A stretch of 56,884 nucleotides of DNA, the filler included, from Sphacelaria rigidula (Eukaryota), in NCBI GenBank assembly GCA_964200075.2. It is 4 parts of 4 records of this genome, joined end to end, with 100 filler letters (N's around TTAATTAATTAA, not from the genome) between each part and the next. Parts side by side here need not be neighbours in the genome. Positions count along the whole stretch, not along the records: positions 14,249 to 28,395 come from CAXNAA020002429.1; positions 28,496 to 42,640 come from CAXNAA020002430.1; 2 more parts are not named here. One strand, given 5' to 3'. The stretch's first letter is position 1; each line of letters opens with the position of its first letter. A program made the position numbers and the translations under genes. This document shows positions 25,785 through 38,940 of this stretch, piece after piece. Under the pieces are notes generated by a model. The model worked only from the letters and a program-made list of their open reading frames with translations, was not told the origin of the DNA and made no database searches.

Positions 25785-26290
25785 ATCAGAGGTTGGGCGG
25801 CCTTCCAAGCACTGGGGGAGCCGCCTCCAGGAGAACCTGCCTGCATTAGGGGTTCTTCCACGCAAAAGAGCATGGCGGGAATGGTTCATATCCAGTGTGA
25901 AAGTCAAAGACGCACACAATTGGGTCACTACTGCGGAGAACATGGGCAAGTGTAACACCTGGAAGTCGAGAAAAGGGGTAACTTTACCATGACTTGATCA
26001 ACTTCCTCCACCACGAGACCGTGGTTTGATGGGTTGCCTACTTCATTTCACTACAATACTCTCGTATCCTAGCCCTTCCATCGTATAATGCCTATAATGG
26101 AGGAGTTCGAGGGGACGTCGCGACGCAAAGGCAAACACCAATCGGACCTTCGCCACTATCGAGAGGCTGTTGCGTCGAGAGCTGCCATTCGAAGAGCCGA
26201 CACCGCTGACTCTACAATAGCAACAGCTTGCGAGGAATCCAGGATGGGAATGGTCGAGAGAGTGGCCCACTTTATACCCTACCATGGATG
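25785..26290 (+). mobile_element. Degenerate 3' end of a non-LTR retrotransposon (LINE) ORF, followed by (CT)n
   Basis: GRPSKHWGSRLQENLPALG...W...W pattern resembles RTE/CR1-type ORF2 C-termini; (CT)n at 26436-26463. Confidence 0.35.
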
Positions 26291-26432
26291 AGTGGGGGAA
26301 TCGGGGCTAACGCGGAGACCAATCTTCACCTGTCTTCTCTTTTGTTGAGTTCTCCCTCGAGTGTTCCTGGTTGTGTTCTTGCCCATGTTGTACGTTGTCC
26401 TTGGATTCCCTACTTTCCGCGATTTTCTTCGT

Positions 26433-26471
<39 letters not shown>

Positions 26472-28395
26472 GCCTTATTATTATTATTTTCTATCAAGAC
26501 TCCGTGTATGCAGTAGCGGTATTTATACCTTGCTTCCGAAGGGTTCGTGGATGGGAGCTCATGCCCAAATAAATGTGGTTCCGAGATATATTAACCGCAA
26601 CTTTCCTCGACAGCCTTTCGTTTGTTATGTGTGGTGGTGTGTGTTCTGGGCACGGCCTTTTTTACCTGAAGCCATGCTGCAGGAGCCGGCCATTTCTAGT
26701 TCTATTTCATTACTGTTTATCGGAACCGATATTCGTTCTTGCTTTTTTGCCCTCTTCCGTTCCTTCCCTTTTCCTTTCTTCTGATCTGTTTTGCTATTGT
26801 TGTGGCTTTTCTATTTCAGTTTGCTGTGTGTTTTACCTTTTCTTTCCCCCCAATTTTCTTCTCCTTTAGCGAGTGTTTCCATTTTGTTCACCTGAGATAC
26901 ACCTGAGGTACGTCTATACATATCTTGTGACCACGACTGTATCCCTCTATACACGTATGCACTAATACAGTTATACAGTGATAGGATCACTTCATGTGCG
27001 GCAATCAATCGAACGATCGAAATCAGTAACTGTCATCGAACTGGTACAAAAGAAGATCGTGGGAGTGTGATCCCTTTGCTGCGCCAGTGATGATGAAACC
27101 AATTGTGCGCTATGGATTCGTAGAGCACGTGAACCTGAACGTGCGGTTGTTATGTTGGTTGGATCCCGCAACGAAGTTCTATTTAAACTGTAACCTCTTG
27201 ATTGAGGGCATGGTGTTCCCGGGTAAGGCGCACTATTAGTCTATCGTAGGCGAACTGACATGCCAACACATACTCGCTCGAATTTGCAAGAAGCACTAAT
27301 TTCTGTTGAAATGTCCTCTAGGAATGAATTTACTCTAGACCATAAGTAAAGCTGGCTCAAGCGGCGGTATCAGCACTCGGCGGTATAATCATATTATGTA
27401 ATGCTCAATCCCCCGTATAAAAGCAGGTTTTAGTCACATCCCCCGTATACCGGGGATTTCGCTACATCTTCCGTGTTTTTACAGTACCTACTGGTGTTCG
27501 TCCCATGAGCCTCGTATTGAATCAACAACACCCGGAATGCCTTCACACAGTTCGTAGTTGCACGGTGCAGACGACTCCGTAGTGGACGTTAAATGTACTC
27601 CGTCTGTCACAACGTCGTGGTGCTTCACACACAGTTACCACGTATCACCTGCATTTACCGGCAAATACTTCAAACTAAAAACCTCGAAGTGCTGAATCAC
27701 GTAGACATGACGGCAGCGGCAGCAGCAGCATCTCGCAGGGATGCAACTATATTGTTACGGTTGCGGCTCACAGGGTAAGAGCTCGGTGCAGACTGCGGGA
27801 GCACTCAATATATGTGCCTGCTTTTGATAACGGCAGCATTGTAGCCAATGAGGGGTACAACACCTACGCAAGCAGGTGGGCGCCGGTACATGTTATCCTC
27901 ATTCTTTTCACGGTACACGCAGGTTATGGGCAGCTTGACAATGTAAGCATATTACTTACCGGATTACAGATGCACGCGTTGCTCACCTGTTTTGTGTTGT
28001 ACCTCAGAAACGTCATAAACTTGGCTATGTCCTGGGACTGGTGTTACCAACCTGATACCGGCTCGATGTACATTGCCAAGTGCCTGCGGAACCTGAGGAC
28101 GTCAGGTAAAACGTGCGGATAACGTGTATCAGTGGCCACCTGCTGAAGGCGGGTTTATGAGTCAGCCTACTCTTCTCTCTCCTTAGGGAGGGTGGCGCTG
28201 TCGACGCACACATTGTGCAGCGATTTCCCAGTTCTGTAGGAGGAGCAGCGAGGGAGAACACCATTATTCCGCGATAAAGACGAATTTCGGTCAAATACGA
28301 GTTTCGCAGCTGAAGCAAAATTGATTAAACATCAAGAAACAACAAATTGTGAGAATTGAGGTTTAACTTCGAGATGAGGCTCAAGCCTAAAACAG

Positions 28396-28495
28396 NNNNN
28401 NNNNNNNNNNNNNNNNNNNNNNNNNNNNNNNNNNNNNNNTTAATTAATTAANNNNNNNNNNNNNNNNNNNNNNNNNNNNNNNNNNNNNNNNNNNN
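28396..28495. other. Artificial contig linker
   Basis: Same N44-TTAATTAATTAA-N44 structure. Confidence 0.97.
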
Positions 28496-28820
28496 AAACG
28501 CGCTGCATGTGAACGTGAACTTCTTTGATGACCCACAAAGTCCACCATGTGGAGCCGTGCCGAAAAAGGTTGTGGAGCAGTCATGAGTGTCTCGGGCGGG
28601 AAACGCGCTGCATGTGAACGTGAACTTCTTTGATGACCCACAAGGTCCACCATGTGGAGCCGTGCCGAAAAAGGTTGTGGAGCAGTCATGAGTGTCTCGG
28701 GCGGGAAACGCGCTGCATGTGAACGTGAACTTTTTTGATGACCCACAAGGTCCACCATGTGGAGCCGCCCCGAAGGAGTTTGTGGAGCAGTCATGGGTAT
28801 CTCGGGCGGGAAACGCGCTG
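28496..28820. repeat. 105-bp tandem repeat (3+ copies, cut by contig start)
   Basis: AAACGCGCTG unit starts at 28496, 28601, 28706 and 28811; open on the minus strand as a 35-aa repeat. Confidence 0.9.
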
Positions 28821-30787
28821 TATGTGACTCCAGGTTCTCCAAACTTGTGGGAGATGACATCGGCCTTCGCCTGGGCCTCATCATGGTGTTCTACGACGGT
28901 AAGCAGCTGGACGGGCAGGTCTACTCCAACTCCAAACACCACGACCATTGGCATCCAAGCTCGGGAAATCGAGCAGTTACTATACCGTCGGCCTAACGCC
29001 TAACGATCGCATCTCTGGCGGGATGACAGGGTCACTCCTGTCGTTTTGCAGCGATGCGGCAGATGTTGACTATTTGTACTTGGACCATGCGTCTGACGTC
29101 AGCGGAGGGGCTTCCCCCGGCGGGTCCGACGTTTCTCTCAAAAGTAGTGTGAAGGCAGCACTATTCATTGCTGACATTTCTCCATCTGCCAATGGTCAGA
29201 GGAACAAGGGAGAGGTGCTGAGTTGTCTATTCGGATTACGGATGTGAAAACTCAGTTGTTCATGAGTACCCTGTCTATGAGCAGTTACTCTTGTTTTGTT
29301 TCGTGAGTGGGCTGCATCCACCCCTGACTACTTGTTACGCCGTTCTTTCGTTCCCGTTTCCCAATTGCGCTACCGCAGAGTACACAACCCACCGACCCGG
29401 TTCCACAAATCGAACCACCCGAAGCTCCTGCATCATGAGCATCGCACGCGAATCACGGATGACACGAAGTGGCAAATGCTGTACGAGTGTACCACTCGCG
29501 TTAGTAGAGCCATCACTGCTGGCAATATCCCTCGCGTTTCCAGCTCTGAGAGAAGCCGTGAGACACTGCCTAATGTTTTTGTACTTTGTCAACCAACCCA
29601 ACATGACGGCACCGTGTCGGAAAATACAGTATCCTCATTGCCGTGGGTTTCGTCGTGCAACAGCCACCACAATACCCAGTGCTCAAAGAGTGTTTTGAGC
29701 GCCGACGCGGATCGCCATACCTCCTGAAACGAGGAGGTGATTGCGGCAAATTCAAGTCTTGTGTGCTCATACCGGAGCACGGCTAGATTCAGAGCTACGG
29801 TGCAGCTCTACGGCTCTTGTGAGCCGACATCATGACAAAAGGCTCACTACCCGAAACAACGCGGGGGATCCCACCACACTAATTCTTGGGACTATTTTCC
29901 GCACGCACAGCCAACAGTCTCGTTCTTGACGCGCAAGGTCCCCGGGGTATTCAGAAAACAACTAGAATTCATCGCCCATACCCAGCGATCTACACCGCTC
30001 GAACAGTGGTCGCAGTTGGGTACTAGTTTGTTGCTTGCCTTAGTCGTTTGTCCTTGATCGCGCATCCCTTTCCAGACGGAGCAACGGTTGGGCGGTCACC
30101 GACCTTCTCCAAGCCACGAGCAGTATAGTTACGCCCGGTACATTGCTGTCAGTACCATGCCTTCATCTTCCGACAAAGAAATTCACGATGATACATATGC
30201 TCGAAGGGTGTATTTCGTGTGCTTTTGTTCAAGGGCAGAATCCAGTTCGCTGCTTTCGGGACAATACTTTTGCTTCTATAAATTAGTCTGGTTTTCATGA
30301 TCGAAAAAAACTCTCCGGATAGACTTCGGATTTTCCCCTCAGATAATATTCATGGCACCATCTTCCGTACTCTAGATGGTTCCAAGGCCCCTCCGCGATT
30401 TCGGTGGTCGTAGAGTTCGTTCATGCAGGCCCAACAACTTTTTGAAAGGTTAAAAGAGATGTTTTTTTTCGGTACCATAAGGCGCGTTTGGCGTTTTTCG
30501 TGATGAGCGCCGAGAAAAATTTGATCCACTCACGAGTGAAAATGTGGGAATCGTCTCAAAAAGTGAACATAGTCATTTCGAGGTAGCGACGATGTTGTAG
30601 CTTTCTTGAGGGCGGAAATTGTCGCGGAAGGGCCTTCCAGGCACATTCCTGAGAGGTGGCTCTCAGAATAACATGCAGTAGCACGGACAGATGAGGATCG
30701 TTCTCCGAACACACGGGACTCGGGCTGTAATGTAGAGGCAATGGTGAGTAGCTCAAACAGACACCCGCTCTAGGATGAAGCCATCAC

Positions 30788-30966
30788 CTTCTCTCTGTGC
30801 TCAAAAGCCACCCCCGAATCCCCTTTGCCCACGACAAGCAGCCCTCCGAGCAACCTTCCCTCTCCTTTCAGGTTCCCGGCCACGCCCTTGGCTTTTGCGC
30901 GCTTGACGTTGCTGACGACACTCGGTTTCATCATGGAGGAAAGACCTTCCCATCGCATGCCAAGTG
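30788..30966 (-). CDS. Peroxiredoxin-like 2 / FAM213 (AhpC-TSA_2, SelU-related) protein, exon
   Basis: ALGMRWEGLSSMMKPSVVSNVKRAKAKGVAGNLKGEGRLLGGLLVVGKGDSGVAFEHREK contains the family GNL-GEG--LGG-hV-G motif; cag/gtgat sites; phase fits the upstream exon. Confidence 0.85.
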
Positions 30967-31266
30967 CTGTTTAGAGAAAAAATATATACAAGCAGGAAAC
31001 ACGAATAGGTGAAAATTGCTCAAGGGACACATTGGTATGCATGGAGAAGGTTGCGACTGTTCGTCCAATCAAGCTTCACCATGGGAGAGCTGTGTCAGGC
31101 AGTGTCATGTTATTCTCGGTTACACTCCGTACCTTCGTGTTTAAATTAACATGCTAGAACCATGTTAATGTTCAAGATCGCGTTGGTGCGGCTAGCACGC
31201 ACTATCTGAATGATCAGTAGATGAAAATATATGTGAAGAGTATTAACGAAAAGAAAAAACTCATAC

Positions 31267-31416
31267 CGTTGAAGAAAGCCTTCTGTTCGTCGAAGTATAT
31301 CTCCCCATTCTTGAAGAAGCCTGAGAACTCTTCGACGCCGAGCTTTTCATGCACCACTCCAACCAGCTTCACGCCCTTATTTGCAAACTCTGAATGCTTC
31401 TCGCTCAGCTCGAGCG
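31267..31416 (-). CDS. PRXL2/FAM213-like protein, exon
   Basis: ALELSEKHSEFANKGVKLVGVVHEKLGVEEFSGFFKNGEIYFDEQKAFFN; gcgcag acceptor, gtatga donor. The exon with the CxxC/UxxC motif was not located. Confidence 0.85.
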
Positions 31417-32037
31417 CTGCGCGCAGCGAAGGTGACATGGAACGATCGCATCGATTCAGGGCGTGTCTTCGCGCATTATTTCGATCCAAAACGTGCGGTG
31501 GAAGGGGAAAAATTACATGTGATCGGTTCACGGGATTCTTGTTCCTAGCTGGCTTCAACTATTTTTATTGTTACTGGCGCGTAGACAATCAGTGACTAGC
31601 AATACAGTAAAGCTTTGTCCATCAAAGATATGCGGAAAAACGGTACGAACGGGGTGCTCGACCCCTACCTTCCCATCTTGCAGACCATCACGCCAGATAA
31701 CAACCGTTCACGGACCCATGCAAACATCAGTACCATCTCTACCCTACAGGATAGAGGGACAAGTTGAGCAAAGGTATAGTTGGGTATGATGCGTTCATCT
31801 TTGCTGGCGAAAACTTGAAAATCATTCCTGAGATCCGAGACGGAACTACATGGTACGGTGGAAGACCGACTCGAGTACACGCTCATGAACAGCGCAGACA
31901 ATATAAAGCAGCACGCTTTCCAAATCCTTCTATACTTCGCACTGTAAGAAGAGAGTACATATACATTGCTCACATCTCTTTCGCATCTACTACGAAACGC
32001 GCAACACGCACTTGGGCCGTGTTTGATAACAAAAAAA

Positions 32038-32830
32038 AAGACTCGAAAACATGCGGTCGAATCGAATTGGTCGCTACGAGGCTGTATCAGATACGTCCGC
32101 GGTATTTATGTTGTCAGATTGGCTTCGAGTCTTTTTTGTAATTAGTTGCGCGCGACGGGCGGGTCGGAAACAGAAAAGCTTACATTTTTCAAGCGAAACG
32201 AGCGGCCGAATGAACGAAGGGGCACGTAACTCCCATGTTACAGACAACCGTGCCAGATACCACCGTTTCGCAGAACTACGCAAAACCCACATGGTTCATT
32301 CGCAGCTACCTACTCAACCCTGCGGCAGAAATCACGAACTGAGCACAGGATACATACACTGCGGTGATGGTAGACCAACACCACCACTCTTTTGGCATGA
32401 TGTGTTTTCTTTTTGTTGGCGAAAGCTTGGGCATCTATTTGTGTGGCAGGATCCACCGACGAGTTGCGTGGTGGGGTGGGCGATCGAATTGCCAACGCGC
32501 TCATGGACAGTAGAGGCGGTGCAAAACTGCACGTGGTTCAGATCTGCTCCGCATCCTCCAGAATGGAGAGAGTCACGAAGCTGTGCTGTCTGTATGTCGC
32601 GTTGCCCGCTTATTTTCCACATTGCGCCTGCATGCTGTGTAAAACGCACACACGATCTAGGCGGTACAGGCCGCCACCGTTGTACAGTGTGTACTGTCTG
32701 TACTGTACTGCCCAATCAAAGTAAGTAAAGTAGTACCACTTCACGAATTGCGCCAAGCCTTCTCGATTCAAAGCGTACAGCACGGACAGAACAGTAGTGA
32801 CTGTACTGCAGACAAGCAAGTAAGAATTAT
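32038..32830 (+). repeat. Dispersed non-coding repeat, copy 1
   Basis: ACTCGAAAACATGCGGTCGAATC..GCACGTAACTCCCATGTT..GGGCGATCGAATTGCCAACGCG collinear with 39568-40870. Confidence 0.85.
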
Positions 32831-33007
32831 TTCACAGTTTTTCGGTGTTTTTCCTTCATCAAATGTCCGCAAATTTGCTTGGGACCAAACTCGAGAAATA
32901 CGAGCGAATTTCGCCAGGATTAATTCCACCGCCTTTTCGTCATCACAAAAAATGTGTCACGGCACGCCCTCAGGTGTACGAATACGGGTTGTGATTCAAA
33001 TTTGTTT

Positions 33008-34224
33008 CGAGCTGGGCCAGCCTTGACACGGATTCAAGCTCTCAAAGCAACATCTCGTCGACACGGACAAGTTGGGCAATGATCGGCATATTGTATGAAT
33101 CGTCGAACCAAGGGAGAGCTGCCCATATGCTCAAAGTTTTGAGCCCATGTTTTCTCGTCGATTCAACTCTCATGTCTAGAAATTCCAATACTCAAGGGAG
33201 ATAGCGTCCATACTGTAATCTTCATGAAACCTCCGATCGGGTTCAGCGGATGACGAATTTTGGTGTGGGCATTCCTTGGAGCACGGGAAGACGATAGATA
33301 CCCTCACCTTCACCTAATTCGTCATCGATCTCGAGATATGGCGCACATGAGTTTCCATACTAGAATCGGTACATTACGGTCAGATGCGCTATATTAGCTA
33401 AACCTGGATATCGCGTCTCAGTTTTCGAGAGTTGTGCTATAAAATTCCGTATGGAGAGCTGCTAGTGCATAATAATGCTCATAAACACAGCTTTTTCAAT
33501 TTTTTCGGGTTTTTTTTCCTTCATTTTTTGGGGGGTTTTGGGGCAGTTTTGAGGAGAAATCAACACTGCTTTTGGGCCTTGTCTCAATTTTTTGGTTACA
33601 TTTTTATATTTGTAATTTGAAACTCAGGGTAAAGAACCACAGAGGTATGCTGAATAAAAGCAAAAATGGGCCCTAATTTTTCTTTGGGGGGGGAGAGGTT
33701 CGGGCGTTCTCGTAAAACAATGGCGGTTCCAATACTAAAACGCCCTAAACCAGAGAAAAAATAAAAAAAATATCAACCCGCCCCACTTAGTTTCGTCAAT
33801 TATGCCCTATCCACGGCCCACACAAAGTTTCAATACACAAACACCGAACGCGGGCCGGTAAGTGGCCTCCAAAATACTGTTGACAATTTCTTCTGACCCC
33901 GTGACCAAACGGCCCGTTATACGGCCAATATTTGGAGTTGGACCCTGACATTTGGTATGGACAATGAATAGGGCATGAAAAAAAACATGACCAGTGCACA
34001 CAAGGTTTTTCTTCATTTTTTTCATGAGTTGAGGGCAGTCATCAGCTTTCAGATATCGGTAAAATGCCTCCAACTCATGGAAAAAAATAAAAACTCTTGT
34101 GTGCACCGGTGATATTTTTCATGCCCTATTCATTGTCCGTACCAAATTTCAGGGTCCCACTCTAAATATTGGCCATATAATGGGCCTGCAAACTACACAA
34201 TCGCTTCTCGGCTGGCCCAGCTCG
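33008..34224. mobile_element. Putative non-autonomous TIR element containing a ~280-bp fold-back
   Basis: Perfect 15-bp inverted pair CGAGCTGGGCCAGCC (33008) / GGCTGGCCCAGCTCG (34210); third copy at ~39477; no clear TSD. Confidence 0.5.
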
Positions 34225-37200
34225 TAGGGACATCCCGTACGTCATTTTCTGAGCTTCATTTTCTCCACACGGACGGGAATTTCGATCATTTGAAAACGTG
34301 TCGAACTTCTCATGGTATACCGCCGCATCCAATCTTCCGCTCGTTTCTTTCTGGGCCTATAATAATGAAAGCTCCTCCGAAATCAATGCGAGCCAAAACA
34401 AGCGAAATCAGTCAGGCCGCGGTTTTTCGTTGGCTACACTTCCCTCTTGAGACGGGCTCTGAGGCGGTGCCTCGCCGCAAATCTGGCCGGCAAAACATGG
34501 CAGAATTGAACAAAATTGATCTCATGGGTGTACATTACCCATGTCTGAAGTTGCTCGACCCCATGTCTGAAATTGCTCGACTTCATGTCTCAAATCGCTC
34601 GACTTCGTTCTCTTGTTTTTTCGCATTTCAAGTTGCGGCTCTACAGGAATTAATGTATATAAACTCGAGGTTCCCGATATATCAACTGCAATCAAATGTT
34701 TTCGTATCGAGTCATGTGGAACTCCAACAGTTGTGATGTGCCCCTGTCGAAAACGTGCGCTCGGCATTTGAAGGAATGCCCCAGCACTTGCGCACACTCC
34801 CTTTCGAAGCTCGACACCTGCCACCGTCTGAGGTATCCACAGTCGGCTGCAGTACGAAACATGATTTTCAAGGGCGTTGTTGAGTGTTCAGGGATCTGCG
34901 GCGTCCCGAGTTCATCTCTCGATGAAACTCAGGGGGGAAACTGCCATTCTTCTCCATAACTTGACCGTTTGTCATTGAAAAAAGTTTGGCTAAATAGAAA
35001 CTGTGATCTACGGAGCACGCAAAGGTGCTCTGGAACGGTCTGGGCGAGTAGAGGACCATCCCAAGGTGTGAACATTCGCCTAACCCTCTTTTCGGGGGAA
35101 TTATGACGAAGAAGGGCCAAAAGGCACTCTTCAACAACTTTATATTCGTTGATGTAGTGCCCCAAGTGCGAAATGGGCACGGTCCAAGTTGGAATTTTTC
35201 TCTGGTGTATTCTTCGATATAACTTGAAATTTGCTCGCGTCAAAAGATTTTGGTGAAATAAGCAGATCGTCTCCCTCGCTCAGTGCCCAAGTTAGCGCTT
35301 GTCGATGTTATCGGGCGTTACGAATACATACCCCGTTCATCAGGAGGGTGTTTTAAACCGTGAAACACAGTTACTCGACTTAAGTGCAACAAGTACGTCT
35401 AATTCGTTGAAAAAAGACAGGCACTTTCGTTTCTTGAATATGATTGAGACAGCCTCGATCGACCGAAAATACCGACGAGTCACAATTTGGGTTACAAAGT
35501 GGCAGGACCTCCGATGCCCGGTCAGCCCGGAAATCAATATTTAGTACAGCTGTTTTTTTCTTACTTGGAATGTGGAGGGGATACTAGTATTTTCAGGTCA
35601 CCGATGTGATGAGCGGTGGCAAGCGAAAGAACCTAAGAAAATCGCCATTAGAGAAAAAATCACCGAATTTCCTACTTCGAACTTGGGGTTTAACAGCGGA
35701 TCCTGAAAAATGGGGTCCATCTCAAAAATGAGATTAAAGTGGTATTTCTTCTCTGCAGGGGTGACGCGAAACACTTACGACCGAGTAATGCTATGCTGTA
35801 AACGACAAGTAGCCCAAGACCAACTCTCATGCTTTACTTCGCAAAAATTTTAACGTCTGGGAAAAAAAACGTCCTTATGGACCAAAAGTGCAATGGTTTC
35901 GAACGAATCTGATGACCAAATTTTTCGCCGGGGCGTTCGAAATCGGGAGACGATTTTGAACACTTGCGGATCCGTTCAGAACTGGGCAGGGCACTGAAAT
36001 GTTCGAAAAGACGTGTTGAACTTTACCACAGCACACTCCTACGGCTCTCACGTGCTGCAGCTGTCACGGTACTGTGGTGTATTCAGAGCTTACAAAAATT
36101 TAGTACATCCATGCTGAAATCGCCAAAGCTGCTGTACTGCTGTTGTGTTCCGAATGACTATAGCAGCACGCAGTGCTGTTTTGTCCAAGTCAAAAGTGCC
36201 GTATGCCGAGTAGTGGATGTTGCGTATTTTCAACAAACGATTCACTTGGTGCCGAAACCCCTGTGAAGATGATGTGATCTGCGCCGGGGATAAGGTGAAC
36301 TGAGGTACTATCGGCATGCCCCGGACGTCACATTGGTGTATTGGATGCGTTGTGTCGTCTGTAGAACTATCAAGCACGCTTGTGCCCAGACCCATCATTT
36401 TTCGTTGTAGCTGTTGCTTTAGTGTGGTGCGTTCGGACCCCAAGATTACCGTTCGATTCGCGCTGGAGACTGTCAGAGTTGCTGTACTGCTGCTGTGGTC
36501 CGGTCTATACAGAATTGGGGTGGGAACAAGATGCTGCCGATACAAAGTTGAAGATATCACGGGATGGCTGTACAGCCGCTACACAGGTACACAACTGGGT
36601 GACGTGCAATTCGCGCACGTACAATATTTTTCACCATCTGCGTGTTCTTCTTTCCTCGTCGTTCAAAACCGCGGCAGGCGAAACACGGCGGCAACATTTT
36701 CGAAAATAAAATGTTGAGCGGCCTCCATGATATACGGTCTGCATTTTTCATTTGCGGCAAGCCGCGCAGACATCTCTCGAAAATCTACGCTGTTATAGCG
36801 CACATGTTCGAGTGTGTTCACTCCTGGTTCCAATTTTCACGTTGGACGTGTCTTCTGGTGTTGGTTGCCAACGTCCGCCAGATGAGTCATTGTGCACGTG
36901 CGACGTCGCCCGCAGAAAATCGCGATGAACGAGAAATGAATCAATGCCACCGCTTTCTCCGAAATAGGGAATAGGAAGTCGAAAATCAGATTTGTACTTG
37001 GGTACCATGATGAGCTACTGCCCGGACAGCTGCTTTCGATCTGCCGAGACACCGGGGAAAACAAACACATGCCCGGACTGAATATGGCGATTTCACCGAC
37101 AGGGCGGCGTCGAAAGTTTCGCACGGTCGTCTGCGTGTGTCAACAGGGTTATTTATGAATGCAACCGAGACGCGAAAGTCGAAATGATTCGGCGGGTGCA

Positions 37201-37278
37201 ATATCGCGTGCAGATCCTCGTAAAGGACAGCGCACCTCGGCACATAGCCTGACTCCACTTCAACTCCGCGTGCTTCAA

Positions 37279-37280
<2 letters not shown>

Positions 37281-37310
<30 letters not shown>

Positions 37311-37570
37311 TCGTGTGTCATCCCATATATTTTGGACGCCAGTGTACGCCTTTCGGTGCATGTGGAGCATGGGGTTTCCTCATTTCTTCAACTAGATTTT
37401 GGTCTCCCACTTTCCTTGTGCGGTGCTAGCCCCACTTTTAATTACGATAAGGGTTTAGCGGTCCCGCGATCTTGTTGACCGTGAAGTGTACCTTGTGTAC
37501 CAAAGACAAATTCTGTCCCAACTATTAGGTATCAGCTGAGAAAAATCCCCGAGATTCGAACCGACGATAG
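37281..37570 (-). mobile_element. tRNA-derived SINE copy with (AC)n tail
   Basis: Reverse-strand GGTTCGAATCTC at ~37551-37562; TGGCGTCCAAAATA 3' block; (GT)n at 37281-37310. Confidence 0.65.
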
Positions 37571-38466
37571 AGTGCGTTTGGTGTTGTGTTGGGAGAGATT
37601 CAGTTATCATGCGTTCACGGTCGTGTGCTGTCCATCCGTCGCTTTCCGCTATGTGCTAGATTCGCGCGCACCAAATTCGTGGACAACGTGCCAAAGCAAT
37701 TCACGCAGTAGGAAGTCAATCCGAGATGACATCTTCACCTCCGAACCCTCTCGTCACGAAAACGCACCAGGCGGGCGAAAACAAGAACCGAGGAAGAACG
37801 TTGATGGTCCTACAAAAAGCGGTCCTAGTTGCACAATAATGCAGACTGTTTAGCGCGTACTGTAGGGGCGAGTCAGCATGTGTCACGAGTTTCCATCAGA
37901 TGTAACGCTCAGGAGTGTTCCACATTTGGCACAATACGGGCCTGACTATATACTACTCCAGAACTGGAGCGGCGTCTTTTTTTCCTTGCATTGTTAAGGA
38001 CGAGTCCGCATTTTCGCGAAAATGGATGAAACGCATCACATGTCGGACAGTTCATGAGCTATCCCGATGTTACTTCTTCACCAGTGTACTCATACTGATG
38101 TGGACAATGAGTAATATAATTTGGGTCTCTTTTTCCATATATTCTCCGCATAGCGCTGACGCCGAGAACGGGAAGTCGCATGAAGGTAGCGCTTTGCTTC
38201 TCGGACCCTGCCATCACATCTTTGTTTGTGGAGATGAATGTCCATATCAAGTATTTTTTAATCGTCCATAGCTCCGCAAAACATTGTTTTTTTATGCTGT
38301 TTTTCGCTGTGTGTGCACAAACAAGGGCACGACGCCTCGTTTTAGCTGCTGCACGTGCCCATAGCATCGGAAAACTATGTCCGACAGCACTGCGCATAAG
38401 CGCGTGTGTTTTTCTCCAATATCAGCTTTCTGGTCGATCGGCTGCTAAGCATGCAGAAGGAAAGGG

Positions 38467-38940
38467 TTGGGCCCAGAACGTGCAGCAGAGGCCATAGAAG
38501 CGGTATGCGGCGGTCGCATGACCCTCCGTGCTGCTGCAGACACCTTTGGCATCCCGGTTGATTCGTTGCAGAAGCGTGTCAGTGGTGGCGTAGACATAGC
38601 TGGCAGGGTTGGCCCGGGCACCGTACCGTTGACGGCGGAAGAAAGTTCAATTGAAGACGAGCTGAAATTTTCCGCAGCCCATCAGCTGGGCCTGAATAGA
38701 GAGGACCTGAATCAGGCGGTGATGACACTCTGCAGCGACAACCGACCGGTGCCATGGGACACTCTGCATTCCTTCCAGAGGCACCCGCGGCTAGCGGAGC
38801 GCAGCACCAGTATCTACAAGGCCGACAGGGTGGTGGGTTGTGAATGAGATCGCATGCGGGAGTTTTACGCGGCCTGGCAGGACTACTTGGACAAGGAGAA
38901 GCCAGCAACCGACACAAATGGACCACCGACGACACGGGTT
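38467..38940 (+). pseudogene. pogo/Tigger-type transposase N-terminus (HTH-psq plus CENP-B-like HTH), truncated
   Basis: AAEAIEAVCGGRMTLRAAADTFGIPVDSLQKRVSG..GPGTVPLTAEE..FQRHPRLAER; in-frame stop at 38845-38847 before MREFYAAW; no DDE domain follows. Confidence 0.75.

Noticed and set aside
31670-31754. Candidate upstream exon of the PRXL2-like gene
   Set aside because: Has AG/GT ends, but the required phase contains several stops and no CxxC/UxxC motif.
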